In this document: positions 37,016 to 46,622 of the stretch, one piece after another | How positions within the stretch are numbered: position 1 is the first letter of the stretch | Layout: each line of letters starts with the position of its first letter | DNA from: an uncultured Eubacteriales bacterium | Lineage (GTDB): Bacteria; Bacillota; Sulfobacillia; DYIH01; JBBIPI01 | Direction: 5' to 3' | DNA: 64,000 bases | Assembly (NCBI GenBank): GCA_964467515.1 | Contig: CAYXQP010000001.1 | Location: 1,509-65,508 of the forward strand | Notes under the pieces: model-generated | What the model was told of the DNA's origin: nothing | Database searches by the model: none | What the model saw: the letters and a program-made list of their open reading frames with translations, nothing else | Translations under genes and position numbers: made by a program

Positions 37016-38185
37016 TCAACCAGGATGGGCAGCGTCGCCCACCTCCCCGCCCGGCGGCGCCGGCGCGGCCTGCTCCTCTGCCCCTCGCGCCGCCGCCACG
37101 GCGGCGCGGGCGGCTTCCTCCATGGAACGGTACGCCGCCAGGCCGCCCCGGCGGAGCATGGCCACCGCCTCTCCCTCGTTGGTGCCGGTGAGCCTTATCA
37201 CGAGGGGAACCCCGAGCCCCACGGCCTCGCGGGCCTGGAGGATGGCGCGCGCCACGTCGTCGCAACGGGTGATGCCGCCGAAGATGTTGACGAAGATGAC
37301 CCGGGGCCGCGTGCGGGCCAGCAGTCCCAGGGCCTTGGCCATGGGCTCCGCCGCGGCGCCTCCCCCCACGTCCAGGAAGTTCATGGGACGCCCCCCCATG
37401 TCGGCCAGGACGTCGAGGGTGGCCATGGTGATGCCGGCACCGTTGGCCATGACGGCGATGTCGCCGCCCAGCTCGACGTAGGAGAGACCCAGCCGGCGGA
37501 CCTCCTCCTCCAGTTCCGTGCCCTCGCGGACCCGCGGCAGCTCGGGGTGGCGGAAGAGGGCGTCGTCGTCCACGGTGAGGCGGCAGTCGGCCGCCACCAG
37601 GCTCCCCCCCACCACGGCCAGGGGGTTCAACTCCAGGATCTCCGCATCCAACTCGCGAAAGGCGCGGTAGCAGAGGAGGGCGATCCGAACGAAAGAGGCG
37701 GCCGTCTCCCCGCCCAGGCCCAGCCGCCGCGCCGCCTCCCGGGCCTGGTGGGCGAGAAGGCCCCACGGCACGGCCAGAGGCTCGCGGACGATCTGCCTCT
37801 CCGGCACCTCCTCGATACCGACACCACCCGCGGCGGAGGCGATGAGGACCGGGCGGCGCAGCCCCGCGTCCACGGCGAAGCCCAGGTACAGCTCCCCCTC
37901 GATGGGCAGCCGTTCCTCCACCAGCACCCGCTCCACGGGCAGGCCCCGGACCTGGGCGCCGAGGAGGGCGCCCGCGGCGGCGGCGGCTTCCTCCGGCGTC
38001 GCGGCGAAGCGCACGCCTCCGGCCCGCCCCCGGCCGCCCGCCAGGACCTGAGCCTTGACGACCACCGGCCCCAGCTCCCGGCAGGCCGCCGCCGCCTCAT
38101 CCGGCTGCGTCGCCAGCCGTCCCCGCGGCAGGGGGAGGCCGTAGGCAGCCAGCAGGCCCTTGGCCTGGTGTTCATAGAGCTTCAC
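37016..38185 (-). CDS. sucC: Succinyl-CoA synthetase beta subunit (ATP-grasp)
   Basis: 389 aa from the GTG at 38185 (VKLYEHQAKGLLAAYGLP...). This start overlaps the fumarase-beta stop (GTGA) and follows GGGGAGGG. Confidence 0.85.
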   Translation of the reverse strand: MKLYEHQAKGLLAAYGLPLPRGRLATQPDEAAAACRELGPVVVKAQVLAGGRGRAGGVRFAATPEEAAAAAGALLGAQVRGLPVERVLVEERLPIEGELYLGFAVDAGLRRPVLIASAAGGVGIEEVPERQIVREPLAVPWGLLAHQAREAARRLGLGGETAASFVRIALLCYRAFRELDAEILELNPLAVVGGSLVAADCRLTVDDDALFRHPELPRVREGTELEEEVRRLGLSYVELGGDIAVMANGAGITMATLDVLADMGGRPMNFLDVGGGAAAEPMAKALGLLARTRPRVIFVNIFGGITRCDDVARAILQAREAVGLGVPLVIRLTGTNEGEAVAMLRRGGLAAYRSMEEAARAAVAAARGAEEQAAPAPPGGEVGDAAHPG

Positions 38186-38748
38186 CGCCCGCCCTCCCCG
38201 TAGGCGGCCAGTCCCGCCTCGTAGAGATCGCCGCCCACCGTGTCGTTCACCACGAAGAGAGGAAAGTCCTCGACCTCGAAGACGTGGACGGCCTCCGTTC
38301 CCAGTTCTTCGAAGAGGAGGACCCGGGCCCGGCGCACGTGCCGGGCCAGGAGCGCGCCCACGCCGCCGAGGGCCCCGAAATAGACGGCCCCGTACCGGGC
38401 CAGGAGCCGCCGCACCTCGGCCGAGCGCCCCCCCTTGCCGATGAATCCGCGCACCCCGAGCCGTAGCATGACCTCCACGTAGGGGTCCATGCGGCCCGCC
38501 GTGGTGGGGCCGGCCGAGCCCACCGGGCGACCGGGCGGGGCGGGGGTGGGGCCCACGTAGTAGATGACCTGGCCTGCCAGGTCGAGGGGCGGTCGCCGCC
38601 CCGCCGCCACCTCCTCGGCCAGGAGCTTGTGGGCCTGATCGCGGGCCGTGTAGAGCCGGCCGCTCAGGGAGACCCGCTGCCCCGCCCGCAGGCGCCGCAC
38701 CTCCTCCTCGCCGAGGGGCGTGCGGAGGCGCACGACCTCCGGCTTCAC
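38182..38748 (-). CDS. fumB: Class I (Fe-S) fumarate hydratase / L(+)-tartrate dehydratase, beta subunit
   Basis: 188 aa from the GTG at 38748 (...LSGRLYTARDQAHKLL...GQVIYYVGPTPAPPGRPVGSAGPTTAGRMDPY...). This start overlaps the alpha-subunit stop (GTGA). Confidence 0.8.
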   Translation of the reverse strand: MKPEVVRLRTPLGEEEVRRLRAGQRVSLSGRLYTARDQAHKLLAEEVAAGRRPPLDLAGQVIYYVGPTPAPPGRPVGSAGPTTAGRMDPYVEVMLRLGVRGFIGKGGRSAEVRRLLARYGAVYFGALGGVGALLARHVRRARVLLFEELGTEAVHVFEVEDFPLFVVNDTVGGDLYEAGLAAYGEGGR

Positions 38749-39587
38749 AAAACCGCCTCCCGGAAGCGCGCCGAGTGGCACTGGATGTTGACGGCCACGG
38801 GGAGGGAGGCGATGTGGCGGGGGAAGATCTCCACGGCCACCCAGAGGGCGGTGACGCGCCCGCCGAAACCCCCCGGCCCGAGCCCCGTGGCGTTGACGGC
38901 CTCCAGGAGCTCCCGCTCCAGAGCGGCCACCTCCGGCCGCTCGTGGTGGCTGCCGACGGGCCGGAGAATGGCCTTCTTGGCCAGGTAAGCCACGTGATCG
39001 AACGTGCCGCCGATGCCAACCCCCACCACGAAGGGAGGACAGGCGGCGGGGCCGGCGTTGCGCACGGTCTCCACCACGAAGTCCCGGATACCCTCCAGGC
39101 CGTCGGCCGGACGCAGCATGGCCAGGGCGCTCTTGTTCTCGCTGCCGCCCCCCTTGGGCAGAACCCGCACCCGCACCCTGTCGCCCGGCACGATCTCCGT
39201 GTGCAGGACGGCCGGCGTGTTGTCGCCCGTGTTGCGACCCGCCCAGGGGTGATCGAGGATGGATTTGCGGAGGAGACCCTCCACGTAGGCCTGCCGCACT
39301 CCCTCGTTGACCGCCGTCGTCAGGTCGCCGCCCACCAGGTGCACGTCCTGTCCGATCTCCAGGAAGACGACGGCGAACCCCGTGTCCTGGCACAGGGGCA
39401 AGCCCTCTTCGCGGGCCACGCGCGCGTTTTCCAGGATGAGTTGGATGGCTTCCCGGCCCAGGGGCGAGTCCTCGCGGTCCACGGCGTTCCTCAGGGCCGC
39501 CACCACGTCGGGGGGAAGCTCGAAGGCGGCCTCCCGCAGCAATCCCGCGACGGCGCTGCGCACCTCCCCCACGTCGAGGAGCCGCAA
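38745..39587 (-). CDS. fumA: Class I (Fe-S) fumarate hydratase / L(+)-tartrate dehydratase, alpha subunit
   Basis: 280 aa (MRLLDVGEV...[17 protein letters not shown]...). The TTG start at 39587 lies 3 nt after the mdh stop. Confidence 0.8.
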   Translation of the reverse strand: MRLLDVGEVRSAVAGLLREAAFELPPDVVAALRNAVDREDSPLGREAIQLILENARVAREEGLPLCQDTGFAVVFLEIGQDVHLVGGDLTTAVNEGVRQAYVEGLLRKSILDHPWAGRNTGDNTPAVLHTEIVPGDRVRVRVLPKGGGSENKSALAMLRPADGLEGIRDFVVETVRNAGPAACPPFVVGVGIGGTFDHVAYLAKKAILRPVGSHHERPEVAALERELLEAVNATGLGPGGFGGRVTALWVAVEIFPRHIASLPVAVNIQCHSARFREAVL

Positions 39588-39590
39588 GCC

Positions 39591-40547
39591 TCACTCCCCC
39601 GCCAGGCCGGCCAGGGCCGCCACCCGCTCCACGGCCTCCGCCACCGCGCGGCAGGAGGAGGCGAAGGCGGCCTCCTCTCCCGGCGTGAGGCGAAGCGCCA
39701 GCACCCTCTCCACTCCCCCGCGCCCCAACACCACGGGCACGCCGGCAAAGACGCCGCTCTGACCGTACTCGCCGTCCAGGTAGGCGCTGCACGGCAGGAT
39801 GCGGCGCTGGTCCCGCAGGACGGCCTCCACCATCTCCCCCACGGCGGCGCCGGGCGCGTAGAAAGCGCTGGCCCCCATCAACTCCACTATCTCGCCGCCC
39901 CCGAAACGGGTCCGCTCCACCAGCCTCTCCAGGGTCTCCGGGGCGAGGAGCTCGGTGACCGGTATGCCGCCAGCGAAAGCGTAGCGCACCAGCGGCACCA
40001 TGGCGTCACCGTGCCCGCCCAGGACCAGGGCCGTCACGTCCCGCACCGACACACCCAGCTCGAGGGCCAGAAAGGTCCGAAACCGGGCGCTGTCCAGGAT
40101 GCCCGACTGGCCGACGACACGCGCGGCGGGCAGGCCGCTGGCCCGCCACGCCACCCAGCACATCACGTCGAGGGGATTGGTGAGGACCACGAGGCAGGCG
40201 TCGGGCGAGAGTGTAACGGCCCGCTCCACCACCTGGCGCACGATGCGCGCGTTGGTGTCCAGGAGGTCGTCCCTGCTCATCCCCGGCTTGCGCGCCACCC
40301 CGGCGGTCACCACGATGACGTCGGATCCCGCCGTGTCCGCGTAGTCGTCCGTCCCGTACACGCGGACATCGAAGCCCTCGATGGGCCCGGCCTGTTGCAT
40401 GTCCAGGGCCTTGCCCCGGGGCAGGCCCGGCACCACGTCCAGGAGGACCACGTCGGCCAGCTCCCGCCGCGCAAGGAAATGGGCGGCGGCCGCGCCCGTC
40501 GCCCCGGCGCCCACGATGGTAACCTTGCCCCTCACCCTCGGCGCCAT
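39591..40547 (-). CDS. mdh: Malate dehydrogenase (LDH-like family)
   Basis: 318 aa from the ATG at 40547 (MAPRVRGKVTIVGAGATGAAAA...); Rossmann GxGxxG and the LDH/MDH fold. The start follows GGGGTGAGGAA. Confidence 0.85.
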   Translation of the reverse strand: MAPRVRGKVTIVGAGATGAAAAHFLARRELADVVLLDVVPGLPRGKALDMQQAGPIEGFDVRVYGTDDYADTAGSDVIVVTAGVARKPGMSRDDLLDTNARIVRQVVERAVTLSPDACLVVLTNPLDVMCWVAWRASGLPAARVVGQSGILDSARFRTFLALELGVSVRDVTALVLGGHGDAMVPLVRYAFAGGIPVTELLAPETLERLVERTRFGGGEIVELMGASAFYAPGAAVGEMVEAVLRDQRRILPCSAYLDGEYGQSGVFAGVPVVLGRGGVERVLALRLTPGEEAAFASSCRAVAEAVERVAALAGLAGE

Positions 40548-40650
40548 TTCCTCACCCCGCGGAAAGAACCCTCTTGGGCCCTCAGCGGCTCCCGGCGCCA
40601 CCGGCGGCCGGCGCACGGGGACCCGGGCCGCGCGGCGGTGCCGCCGCCCG

Positions 40651-42009
40651 TCAAGCGAAGTGCTCCGGCAAGAAGCGCCTGGCCGCCGCCAGCATCTCGT
40701 CCTGGGAGAGGGCCGTAGTCCGCCCGTTCTCATACTGCTCCATGACCCAGGAATGGATGCGCTCCACGGCCGGGTGCTTCTTGTCCAGCGGGTCGGCTCC
40801 CCTTGCCAGGAGTTGCTGGTTCAGCCAGAAGGCGACGCCGGCCAGGCCGGACTTGTCGGTGATGTTGATGCCCAGGGGGCGCCGCAGGAGGCGGGCCGTG
40901 TCGAAGATGTTGTAGACCTCTTCATTCTTGATGAGGCCGTCCACGTGGATCCCCGCCGCCGTGACGTTGAACTGGGAGCCGACGAAGGGGTGGCGGGGCG
41001 GTATCTCCTCCCCCACTTCGCGCCGGTAGTACTCGGCCAGCTCCGTTATCACGGTGGTGTCGATGCCGTCCATGCGCCCCGTGAGACCGATGTACTCCAT
41101 GAGGAGCCCCTCCAGGGGGGGGTTGCCCGTGCGCTCGCCGATGCCGAAGACGGTGCCGTTGGCCGCGGCGCACCCGTACAGCCAGGCGGTGGATGCGTTG
41201 ACGAGCCCCTTGTGGAAGTCGTTGTGGCCGTGCCACTCCAGCTGGCCGCCGGGGACGCCCGCATCGTGGATCATGGCGTGCACCAGCCTCGGGACGCTGC
41301 GCGGCAGGCCCGCCCCCGGGTACGGCACCCCGTAGCCCATGGTGTCGCAGAGCCGGATGCGCACGTGGATGCCGGACTCCTCCTGGAGCCGCATGAGCTC
41401 CCGGGCGAAGGGGACCACGAAGCCGTACACGTCGGCCCGCGTCACGTCCTCGAAGTGGCAGCGCGGCCTCACCCCGGCCGCCAGGGCGGCCTCCACCACC
41501 TCCAGGTAGCGGCGCAGGGCCTCGCGGCGGGTCCAGCCCAGCTTGAGGAAGATGTGATAGTCGGAGCAGGAAGTGAGGATGCCCGTCTCGCGGAGGCCCA
41601 TGGACCTGACCAGGCTGAAGTCCTTGGGATTGGCCCGGATCCACCCCGTCACCTCGGGGTACGCGTAACCCCGCTCCAGGCACCGGGTCACCGCCTCGCG
41701 GTCCCGGTCGGTGTAGAGGAAGAACTCGCACTGGCGGATGACGCCCGCGCGGCCTCCCAACCGGTGCAGGAAGTCGAAGATGTCCACGATCTGCCGCACC
41801 GTGTACGGCGGCCGGGCCTGCTGGCCGTCCCGGAAGGTGGTGTCGGTGATGAATATGTCCGGCGCGGGGGACATGGGCACCTCGAGCCCGTCGAAGAGGA
41901 CGCGCGGCGGCTCCACGTAGGGGAACTGCTCGCGCAAGAGGTTGGGCTCGTCCACGTCCTGGAGGGGAAAGTCAGCCTGAACGGGTTTGAGCCAGTCCGC
42001 CCTGCCCAC
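40651..42009 (-). CDS. Homocitrate/Re-citrate synthase family protein (LeuA/NifV-like; clostridial Re-citrate synthase type)
   Basis: ...NLLREQFPYVEPPRVLFDGLEVPMSPAPDIFITDTTFRDGQQ... followed by a DRE-TIM-barrel HMGL-like domain. The start is likely GTG at 42009, after GAGGGTGGGGTGG; the ORF extends to 42093. Confidence 0.7.
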   Translation of the reverse strand: MGRADWLKPVQADFPLQDVDEPNLLREQFPYVEPPRVLFDGLEVPMSPAPDIFITDTTFRDGQQARPPYTVRQIVDIFDFLHRLGGRAGVIRQCEFFLYTDRDREAVTRCLERGYAYPEVTGWIRANPKDFSLVRSMGLRETGILTSCSDYHIFLKLGWTRREALRRYLEVVEAALAAGVRPRCHFEDVTRADVYGFVVPFARELMRLQEESGIHVRIRLCDTMGYGVPYPGAGLPRSVPRLVHAMIHDAGVPGGQLEWHGHNDFHKGLVNASTAWLYGCAAANGTVFGIGERTGNPPLEGLLMEYIGLTGRMDGIDTTVITELAEYYRREVGEEIPPRHPFVGSQFNVTAAGIHVDGLIKNEEVYNIFDTARLLRRPLGINITDKSGLAGVAFWLNQQLLARGADPLDKKHPAVERIHSWVMEQYENGRTTALSQDEMLAAARRFLPEHFA

Positions 42010-42200
42010 GCCACCCCACCCTCGCCCAGGGCGGCCCCCGGCGCGGCCGACCTGCCCGGTCAGGGGTAGAGCTGCCATGGCCGGCCAGGCCACCCACTCA
42101 TGGGACCATTATAGGAGCGTCCCCCACCGGTGGCAAACCAAAACCGGCGGGGCGGCCACGCCCCCGCAGGCGAGGGCCGGACCCGAGCGGCTCCCGGCCA

Positions 42201-42341
42201 TCAACCTCTGCGCGCAGCCCGCTCCAGGTCGCCGAGCCTGTCCTCCACCGCCTTCTGGCGGCGCTGCAGGTTCATGACGAAGAGGATGAGTCCCACCCAG
42301 ATGATGCTGTAGCCGATGAACATCCAGACCTCCGGCTTCAC
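42201..42341 (-). CDS. ccmD: Heme exporter protein CcmD (small single-TM protein)
   Basis: 46 aa, VKPEVWMFIGYSIIWVGLILFVMNLQRRQKAVEDRLGDLERAARRG. The GTG start overlaps the ccmC stop (GTGA). Confidence 0.5.
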   Translation of the reverse strand: MKPEVWMFIGYSIIWVGLILFVMNLQRRQKAVEDRLGDLERAARRG

Positions 42342-43009
42342 CGCCGTCCCTCCTCCCTGAGATGCTCCCGCCAGGCTTCCACCCGCCAGCGCAGGTCCTC
42401 GGTCCGCAGGCGCCAGCGGAGGATGTAGACATACAGTAACGTGAAGGTCAGGACCGCCACACCCATGGCCGCCCCCATCAGGGGCTCCATGTCCATCTTG
42501 CCGATGCGGACCACCTCCGGGTGCAGCCCCCGCCACCAGCGCACCGACATGTGGATGATGGGCACGTCGAAGAAACCGAGGATGCCCAGGGCGGCGGCCA
42601 GCCGGGCCCGGCGTTCGTCCCCCTCGGCCGTGGCCCGCAGATACAGGTAGCCGATGTAGATGAGCCAGAGGACAAGGGTGGCCGTCAGCCGGGGGTCCCA
42701 GGTCCACCAGGTGCCCCACACGGCCCGCGCCCAGGTGGCTCCCGAGAGGAGCGCCATGCTGGTGAAGAAGACGCCCAGCTCCGCCGAGGAGTAGGCCAGC
42801 CGGTCGTAGCGCCGCTCGTTGGTCCGCAGATAGAGGATGCTGGCCACGAACACCACCAGGAAGCTCAGGTAGGCGTTCCAGGCCGAGGCCACGTGGAAGT
42901 AGAAGATCCGCTGCGGTGGTCCCATGGTGTGCTCCTCCGGAGCCACGAGGAGGCCCATGGCCAGCGCCACCGGACCCATCACCGCCAGGAGCCATCCGAG
43001 AGCCGTCAT
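42338..43009 (-). CDS. ccmC: Heme exporter protein CcmC
   Basis: 223 aa; ...WGTWWTWDPRLTATLVLW... is the CcmC tryptophan-rich motif. Confidence 0.85.
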   Translation of the reverse strand: MTALGWLLAVMGPVALAMGLLVAPEEHTMGPPQRIFYFHVASAWNAYLSFLVVFVASILYLRTNERRYDRLAYSSAELGVFFTSMALLSGATWARAVWGTWWTWDPRLTATLVLWLIYIGYLYLRATAEGDERRARLAAALGILGFFDVPIIHMSVRWWRGLHPEVVRIGKMDMEPLMGAAMGVAVLTFTLLYVYILRWRLRTEDLRWRVEAWREHLREEGRR

Positions 43010-43025
43010 GCACCCATCCCTCCCG

Positions 43026-43706
43026 TCAGCCTTCGAAGAGATAATCGAACAACACGAAGGGCAGAGCCACGAAGATGAGGTCGTACGCCCCCAGGAAGGC
43101 GAAACCCGCCAGGGCGCCGGCCCCGTCGCCGGCCAGAGCGGCCTCCGTGGCCCGCACGCTGGCGATGATGACGGGGGCCAGGAGGGGAAAGAGGAGGAGG
43201 GGGAGCAGCACCTCGCTGGCCCGCGTCCCGCCCGCCAGCACGCTGACGAAGGTCCCCACCGCCGTGAAGCCCACGGTGCCGAGGAGCAAGGCCGCCGCCA
43301 GGAGGGGCAGGCTGCCCCGCCACGGCTCGCCGAGGAAGACGAAGAAGAGGGGCGTGAGGACCACCTCCATCCCCAGCATGAAGAGGACGTTGCTGAGGCA
43401 CTTGCCGAGGAAGAGGGTGCTCCTGTCCACCGGCGTGAGGAGGAGCCCCTGGAAGGCGGCGTTGTACCGCTCCATGGCGAAGGAACGGTTGAGGCCCAGG
43501 GAACCGCCGAAAAAATAGGCGATCCACATGATGCCGGCGAATATGGGCCCGAGGTCGTGCTCCGCCGGGTTGAAGGCGAAGCTGAAGATGACCAGGATCA
43601 TGAAGGCGAAGAGGAGGAGCGAGAAGAGCATCTCCCGGGCGCGCAGCTCCACGACGAGGTCCTTCCAGACCAGGGTCAGCACGGGTCCCATCAGGCTTCC
43701 TCCCAC
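43026..43706 (-). CDS. ccmB: Heme exporter permease CcmB
   Basis: 226 aa with six transmembrane segments in the CcmB family. An internal ATG at 43691 would give a TGATG overlap with the ccmA stop. Confidence 0.8.
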   Translation of the reverse strand: MGGSLMGPVLTLVWKDLVVELRAREMLFSLLLFAFMILVIFSFAFNPAEHDLGPIFAGIMWIAYFFGGSLGLNRSFAMERYNAAFQGLLLTPVDRSTLFLGKCLSNVLFMLGMEVVLTPLFFVFLGEPWRGSLPLLAAALLLGTVGFTAVGTFVSVLAGGTRASEVLLPLLLFPLLAPVIIASVRATEAALAGDGAGALAGFAFLGAYDLIFVALPFVLFDYLFEG

Positions 43707-44422
43707 GGCGCCGCAGCCGCGGCCGGCGCACCCACGGCTTCCTCGTAGAGGGCGGCCAACTCCGCGGCGCCCCTGCCCCGGACCGGCACATGACAGGCGA
43801 CAGACCCCCGGTGGAGGACGGCGAAGGCGTCGGCCACCTGAGCGCTGGCCTCGAAGTCGTGGGAGACCAGGAGACAGGTCCCGCCCTCCGCCCGGAAACG
43901 GCCCAGCAGCTCCACCAGGAGAGCCTGCCCGTCCCGGTCCAGCCCCGTGAAAGGCTCGTCCAGCAGCAGCACGCGCGGCCGCTGCACCAGGGCCCGGGCG
44001 ATGGCCAGCCGCTGCTGCATGCCGCGGGAGAAGGTGCCCACCGGGTCACGTGCATAGGGCTCGAGGCCGACGGCCGCCAGGAGCTCGTCCACCCGCCTGC
44101 CCGCATCGGTAACACCGTACAGGCCGGCGTAGAAACGCAGGTTCTCCGCCGCCGTCAGGTAGTCGTAGAGAAAGGTCTGGTGCGCCACCACGCCCAGGCA
44201 GCGCCTCACCTCCGCCTCCCGGCCGCGGAGGGGACGATCCTGCCAGAGCAGTTGCCCCGACGACGGCCGCTGCAGGAGGGCCAGGATGCGCAGGAGGGTG
44301 CTCTTGCCCGCGCCGTTGGGACCGTGCAGGGCCAGAACCCGCCCCGGCACCAGGTCCAGGTCCACCCCCCGCAGAACCTCCCGCAGGCCGTGCCTCTTGG
44401 TGACGCCTCGCGCCGCCAGCAC
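43691..44422 (-). CDS. ccmA: Heme exporter ATP-binding protein CcmA (ABC ATPase)
   Basis: Walker A (GPNGAGKST), the signature motif (SRGMQQRLAIARAL) and Walker B (LLLDEP). The start is likely GTG at about 44422, because the ORF otherwise overlaps ccmF. Confidence 0.8.
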   Translation of the reverse strand: MLAARGVTKRHGLREVLRGVDLDLVPGRVLALHGPNGAGKSTLLRILALLQRPSSGQLLWQDRPLRGREAEVRRCLGVVAHQTFLYDYLTAAENLRFYAGLYGVTDAGRRVDELLAAVGLEPYARDPVGTFSRGMQQRLAIARALVQRPRVLLLDEPFTGLDRDGQALLVELLGRFRAEGGTCLLVSHDFEASAQVADAFAVLHRGSVACHVPVRGRGAAELAALYEEAVGAPAAAAAPWEEA

Positions 44423-44435
44423 TCCGGGCCTCTCG

Positions 44436-46619
44436 TCAGCCGCCGACAGACGGAGACCGGCGCCTGCGCCGTCCCTCGCCGCCGCCCTCTCGCCCGCGTC
44501 CGCCACCCTCTGCGCCACCGTCCGCCTGCGCCGCCGGGCTTCGCTGCTGGACAGCGACCCGCTCCAACTCGCCCCGCAGCTCCGCGTACGCGTCGGGGTC
44601 CAATTTGCCCGACCGGTAGTCCACCTCCAGCTCCGCCAGCCGGCGCAGGGCCGCCTCCGCGCGCCCCGCCGGCACCGCTCTGGTGAAGGCGATGGTCCAG
44701 AGGGTGCCGAATATGATCAGGTAGAAACCGATCCAGACCCAGGCCACACCGGGATTCCACCAGCTCTTGAAGGTGGCGGCGGCCCCGGCCGCCTCCCAGC
44801 CCACCAGGATGATGTACAGGTCGCCCGCCAGGGTGCCCATGATGGCGGCCTCGGTGGACGGCCCCATCTGCTCGTAGCCGGGATAGAAGCGGCGCTCGGG
44901 CTTGAGCGTGGTCACGTAGCGACCGTCCTTCTCCACGTTCATGAGAGCGTAAACGGAACCCACGTTGCCGGGGAGGACATCCTCCATCAATCCCTGATAG
45001 GTGACCCGATAGCCGTAGAGGTCGAAGGACTGGCCCACCCGCAGTCCGGGCGTCTCCAGCACCTGCTGGAAAAACTGGGAGGCCACGATGCCGAAGGCCA
45101 TGACCACCACGCCCACGTGCACCGAATAGCCGCCGTAGCGCCGGGGGTTCTTGAGGAAGAGCCGTCCCAGACCCCGCACGAAAGATTCCCCCGTGAGGCG
45201 GGCCCTGGCGCGCCCCGCCACCCAGAACTCCCGCAAGGCCACCGCCAGGGCGAACAGGGCCACCGCGTCACCCAGCACGGCACCGGCCCTGCGCATCCCC
45301 AAGAGCACCAGCGTCACCGCCATGGCTGCGCCCAAGGCCAGCGGCACGGCGCCGAGGCGGGCCAGCCGGCCCGCCGCGGCCCGCCGCCACCCGAGCAGGG
45401 GGCAGACCCCCATGAGGGCGAGGAGGGCCACGAAGAGGGGTCCGCCCACGCGGTTGAAGTAGGGGGCGCCCACGGTCACGTCCTGGCCCGCCAGCCTGGT
45501 GATGAGCGGATAGGTGGTGCCCAGCAGCACCACCAGGGTGATGCCCACCAGGATCAGATTGTTGACGAGGAAGCTCGTCTCCTTGGACCAGGTGGACTCC
45601 AGGGAGCCGCCCTCGGCCACCACGTCGTACCGGTCGAAGACCAGGTACAGGGAGCCGGCCATGACGAGGCCGATGAAGCCCATGAACCACGGCCCGATGG
45701 GCGACTGGGCGAAGGCGTGGACCGAGTTGAGGATGCCGCTCCGGGTGACGAAGGTGCCGAAGACCACCAGCACGAAGGTGAAGATGATGAGGAGGATGTT
45801 CCAGTTCTTCAACAGGCCGCGGCGCTCCTCCACCATGGCCGAGTGGAAGAAGGCCGTGGCCACCAGCCACGGCATGAAGGAGGAATTCTCCACCGGGTCC
45901 CAGCCCCAGTAGCCGCCCCAGCCCAGCTCGTGGTAAGCCCACCAGCCGCCCACCACGATGCCGGCCGTGAGGAAGAGCCAGGCCACCATGGTCCACCGCC
46001 GCGTGATGCGGAGCCAGTCGGTGCCGCGGTGGCGGTTGAGAAGGGTGGAGATGCCGAAGGCGTAGGGCACCGTCATGCCCACGAAGCCGGTGTAGAGGAG
46101 AAGCGGGTGCCCCATCATGCCCGGGTCCTGGAGCAGAGGCGTCATGCCGCGGCCGTCGGGCGGGGCCGGGAACTGCTGGCGGAAGGGATCGGCTATGAAC
46201 CCGACGATGAGGGAGAAGAAGGCGGAGATGAAGGCGAGCACCGCCAGGGCGTGGGGAAGGAGCTGACCGGCCTCCCGCTCCCACAGGTAGGCCACCAGGG
46301 CGGTGTAGATGGTCAGCATCCAGAGCCAGAGGAGCAGGGATCCCTCCTGGGACGACCAGAAGGCACTGATCTTGTACATGGTGGGCTGGTCGATACGGCT
46401 CGTGGCCTCCACGTAGGCAACGCTGAAGTCATTGGTCAGCAGGGCGTAGAAGAGGGCGACGGCGGCCAGGCTGACGAGGCCGAGCAGGAGGAGGAGCCCC
46501 CGCCTACCGGCGCGGACCAGACCCGCGTCGCGCCGGTGGCCCCCCAGGGCCAGCAGCGCCACGCAGACCAGGGAAACGAAAAAGGCGAGGACGAGGCTCG
46601 CGTGTCCCAGCTTGGGCAT
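44436..46619 (-). CDS. ccmF: Cytochrome c-type biogenesis protein CcmF (heme lyase), with a C-terminal extension
   Basis: 727 aa with multiple transmembrane segments, a WWD-type tryptophan-rich region (...WAYHELGWGGYWGWDPVENSS...) and conserved histidines. Confidence 0.85.
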   Translation of the reverse strand: MPKLGHASLVLAFFVSLVCVALLALGGHRRDAGLVRAGRRGLLLLLGLVSLAAVALFYALLTNDFSVAYVEATSRIDQPTMYKISAFWSSQEGSLLLWLWMLTIYTALVAYLWEREAGQLLPHALAVLAFISAFFSLIVGFIADPFRQQFPAPPDGRGMTPLLQDPGMMGHPLLLYTGFVGMTVPYAFGISTLLNRHRGTDWLRITRRWTMVAWLFLTAGIVVGGWWAYHELGWGGYWGWDPVENSSFMPWLVATAFFHSAMVEERRGLLKNWNILLIIFTFVLVVFGTFVTRSGILNSVHAFAQSPIGPWFMGFIGLVMAGSLYLVFDRYDVVAEGGSLESTWSKETSFLVNNLILVGITLVVLLGTTYPLITRLAGQDVTVGAPYFNRVGGPLFVALLALMGVCPLLGWRRAAAGRLARLGAVPLALGAAMAVTLVLLGMRRAGAVLGDAVALFALAVALREFWVAGRARARLTGESFVRGLGRLFLKNPRRYGGYSVHVGVVVMAFGIVASQFFQQVLETPGLRVGQSFDLYGYRVTYQGLMEDVLPGNVGSVYALMNVEKDGRYVTTLKPERRFYPGYEQMGPSTEAAIMGTLAGDLYIILVGWEAAGAAATFKSWWNPGVAWVWIGFYLIIFGTLWTIAFTRAVPAGRAEAALRRLAELEVDYRSGKLDPDAYAELRGELERVAVQQRSPAAQADGGAEGGGRGREGGGEGRRRRRSPSVGG

Positions 46620-46622
46620 GGG

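Noticed and set aside
38182-39792. 536-aa ORF read as a single protein spanning fumarase beta and upstream sequence.
   Set aside because: Only the last 188 residues, from the GTG at 38748, match class-I fumarase beta. The N-terminal 350 residues are shadow sequence antisense-like to the fumA frame, and the alpha subunit is encoded in a different frame (38745..39587).
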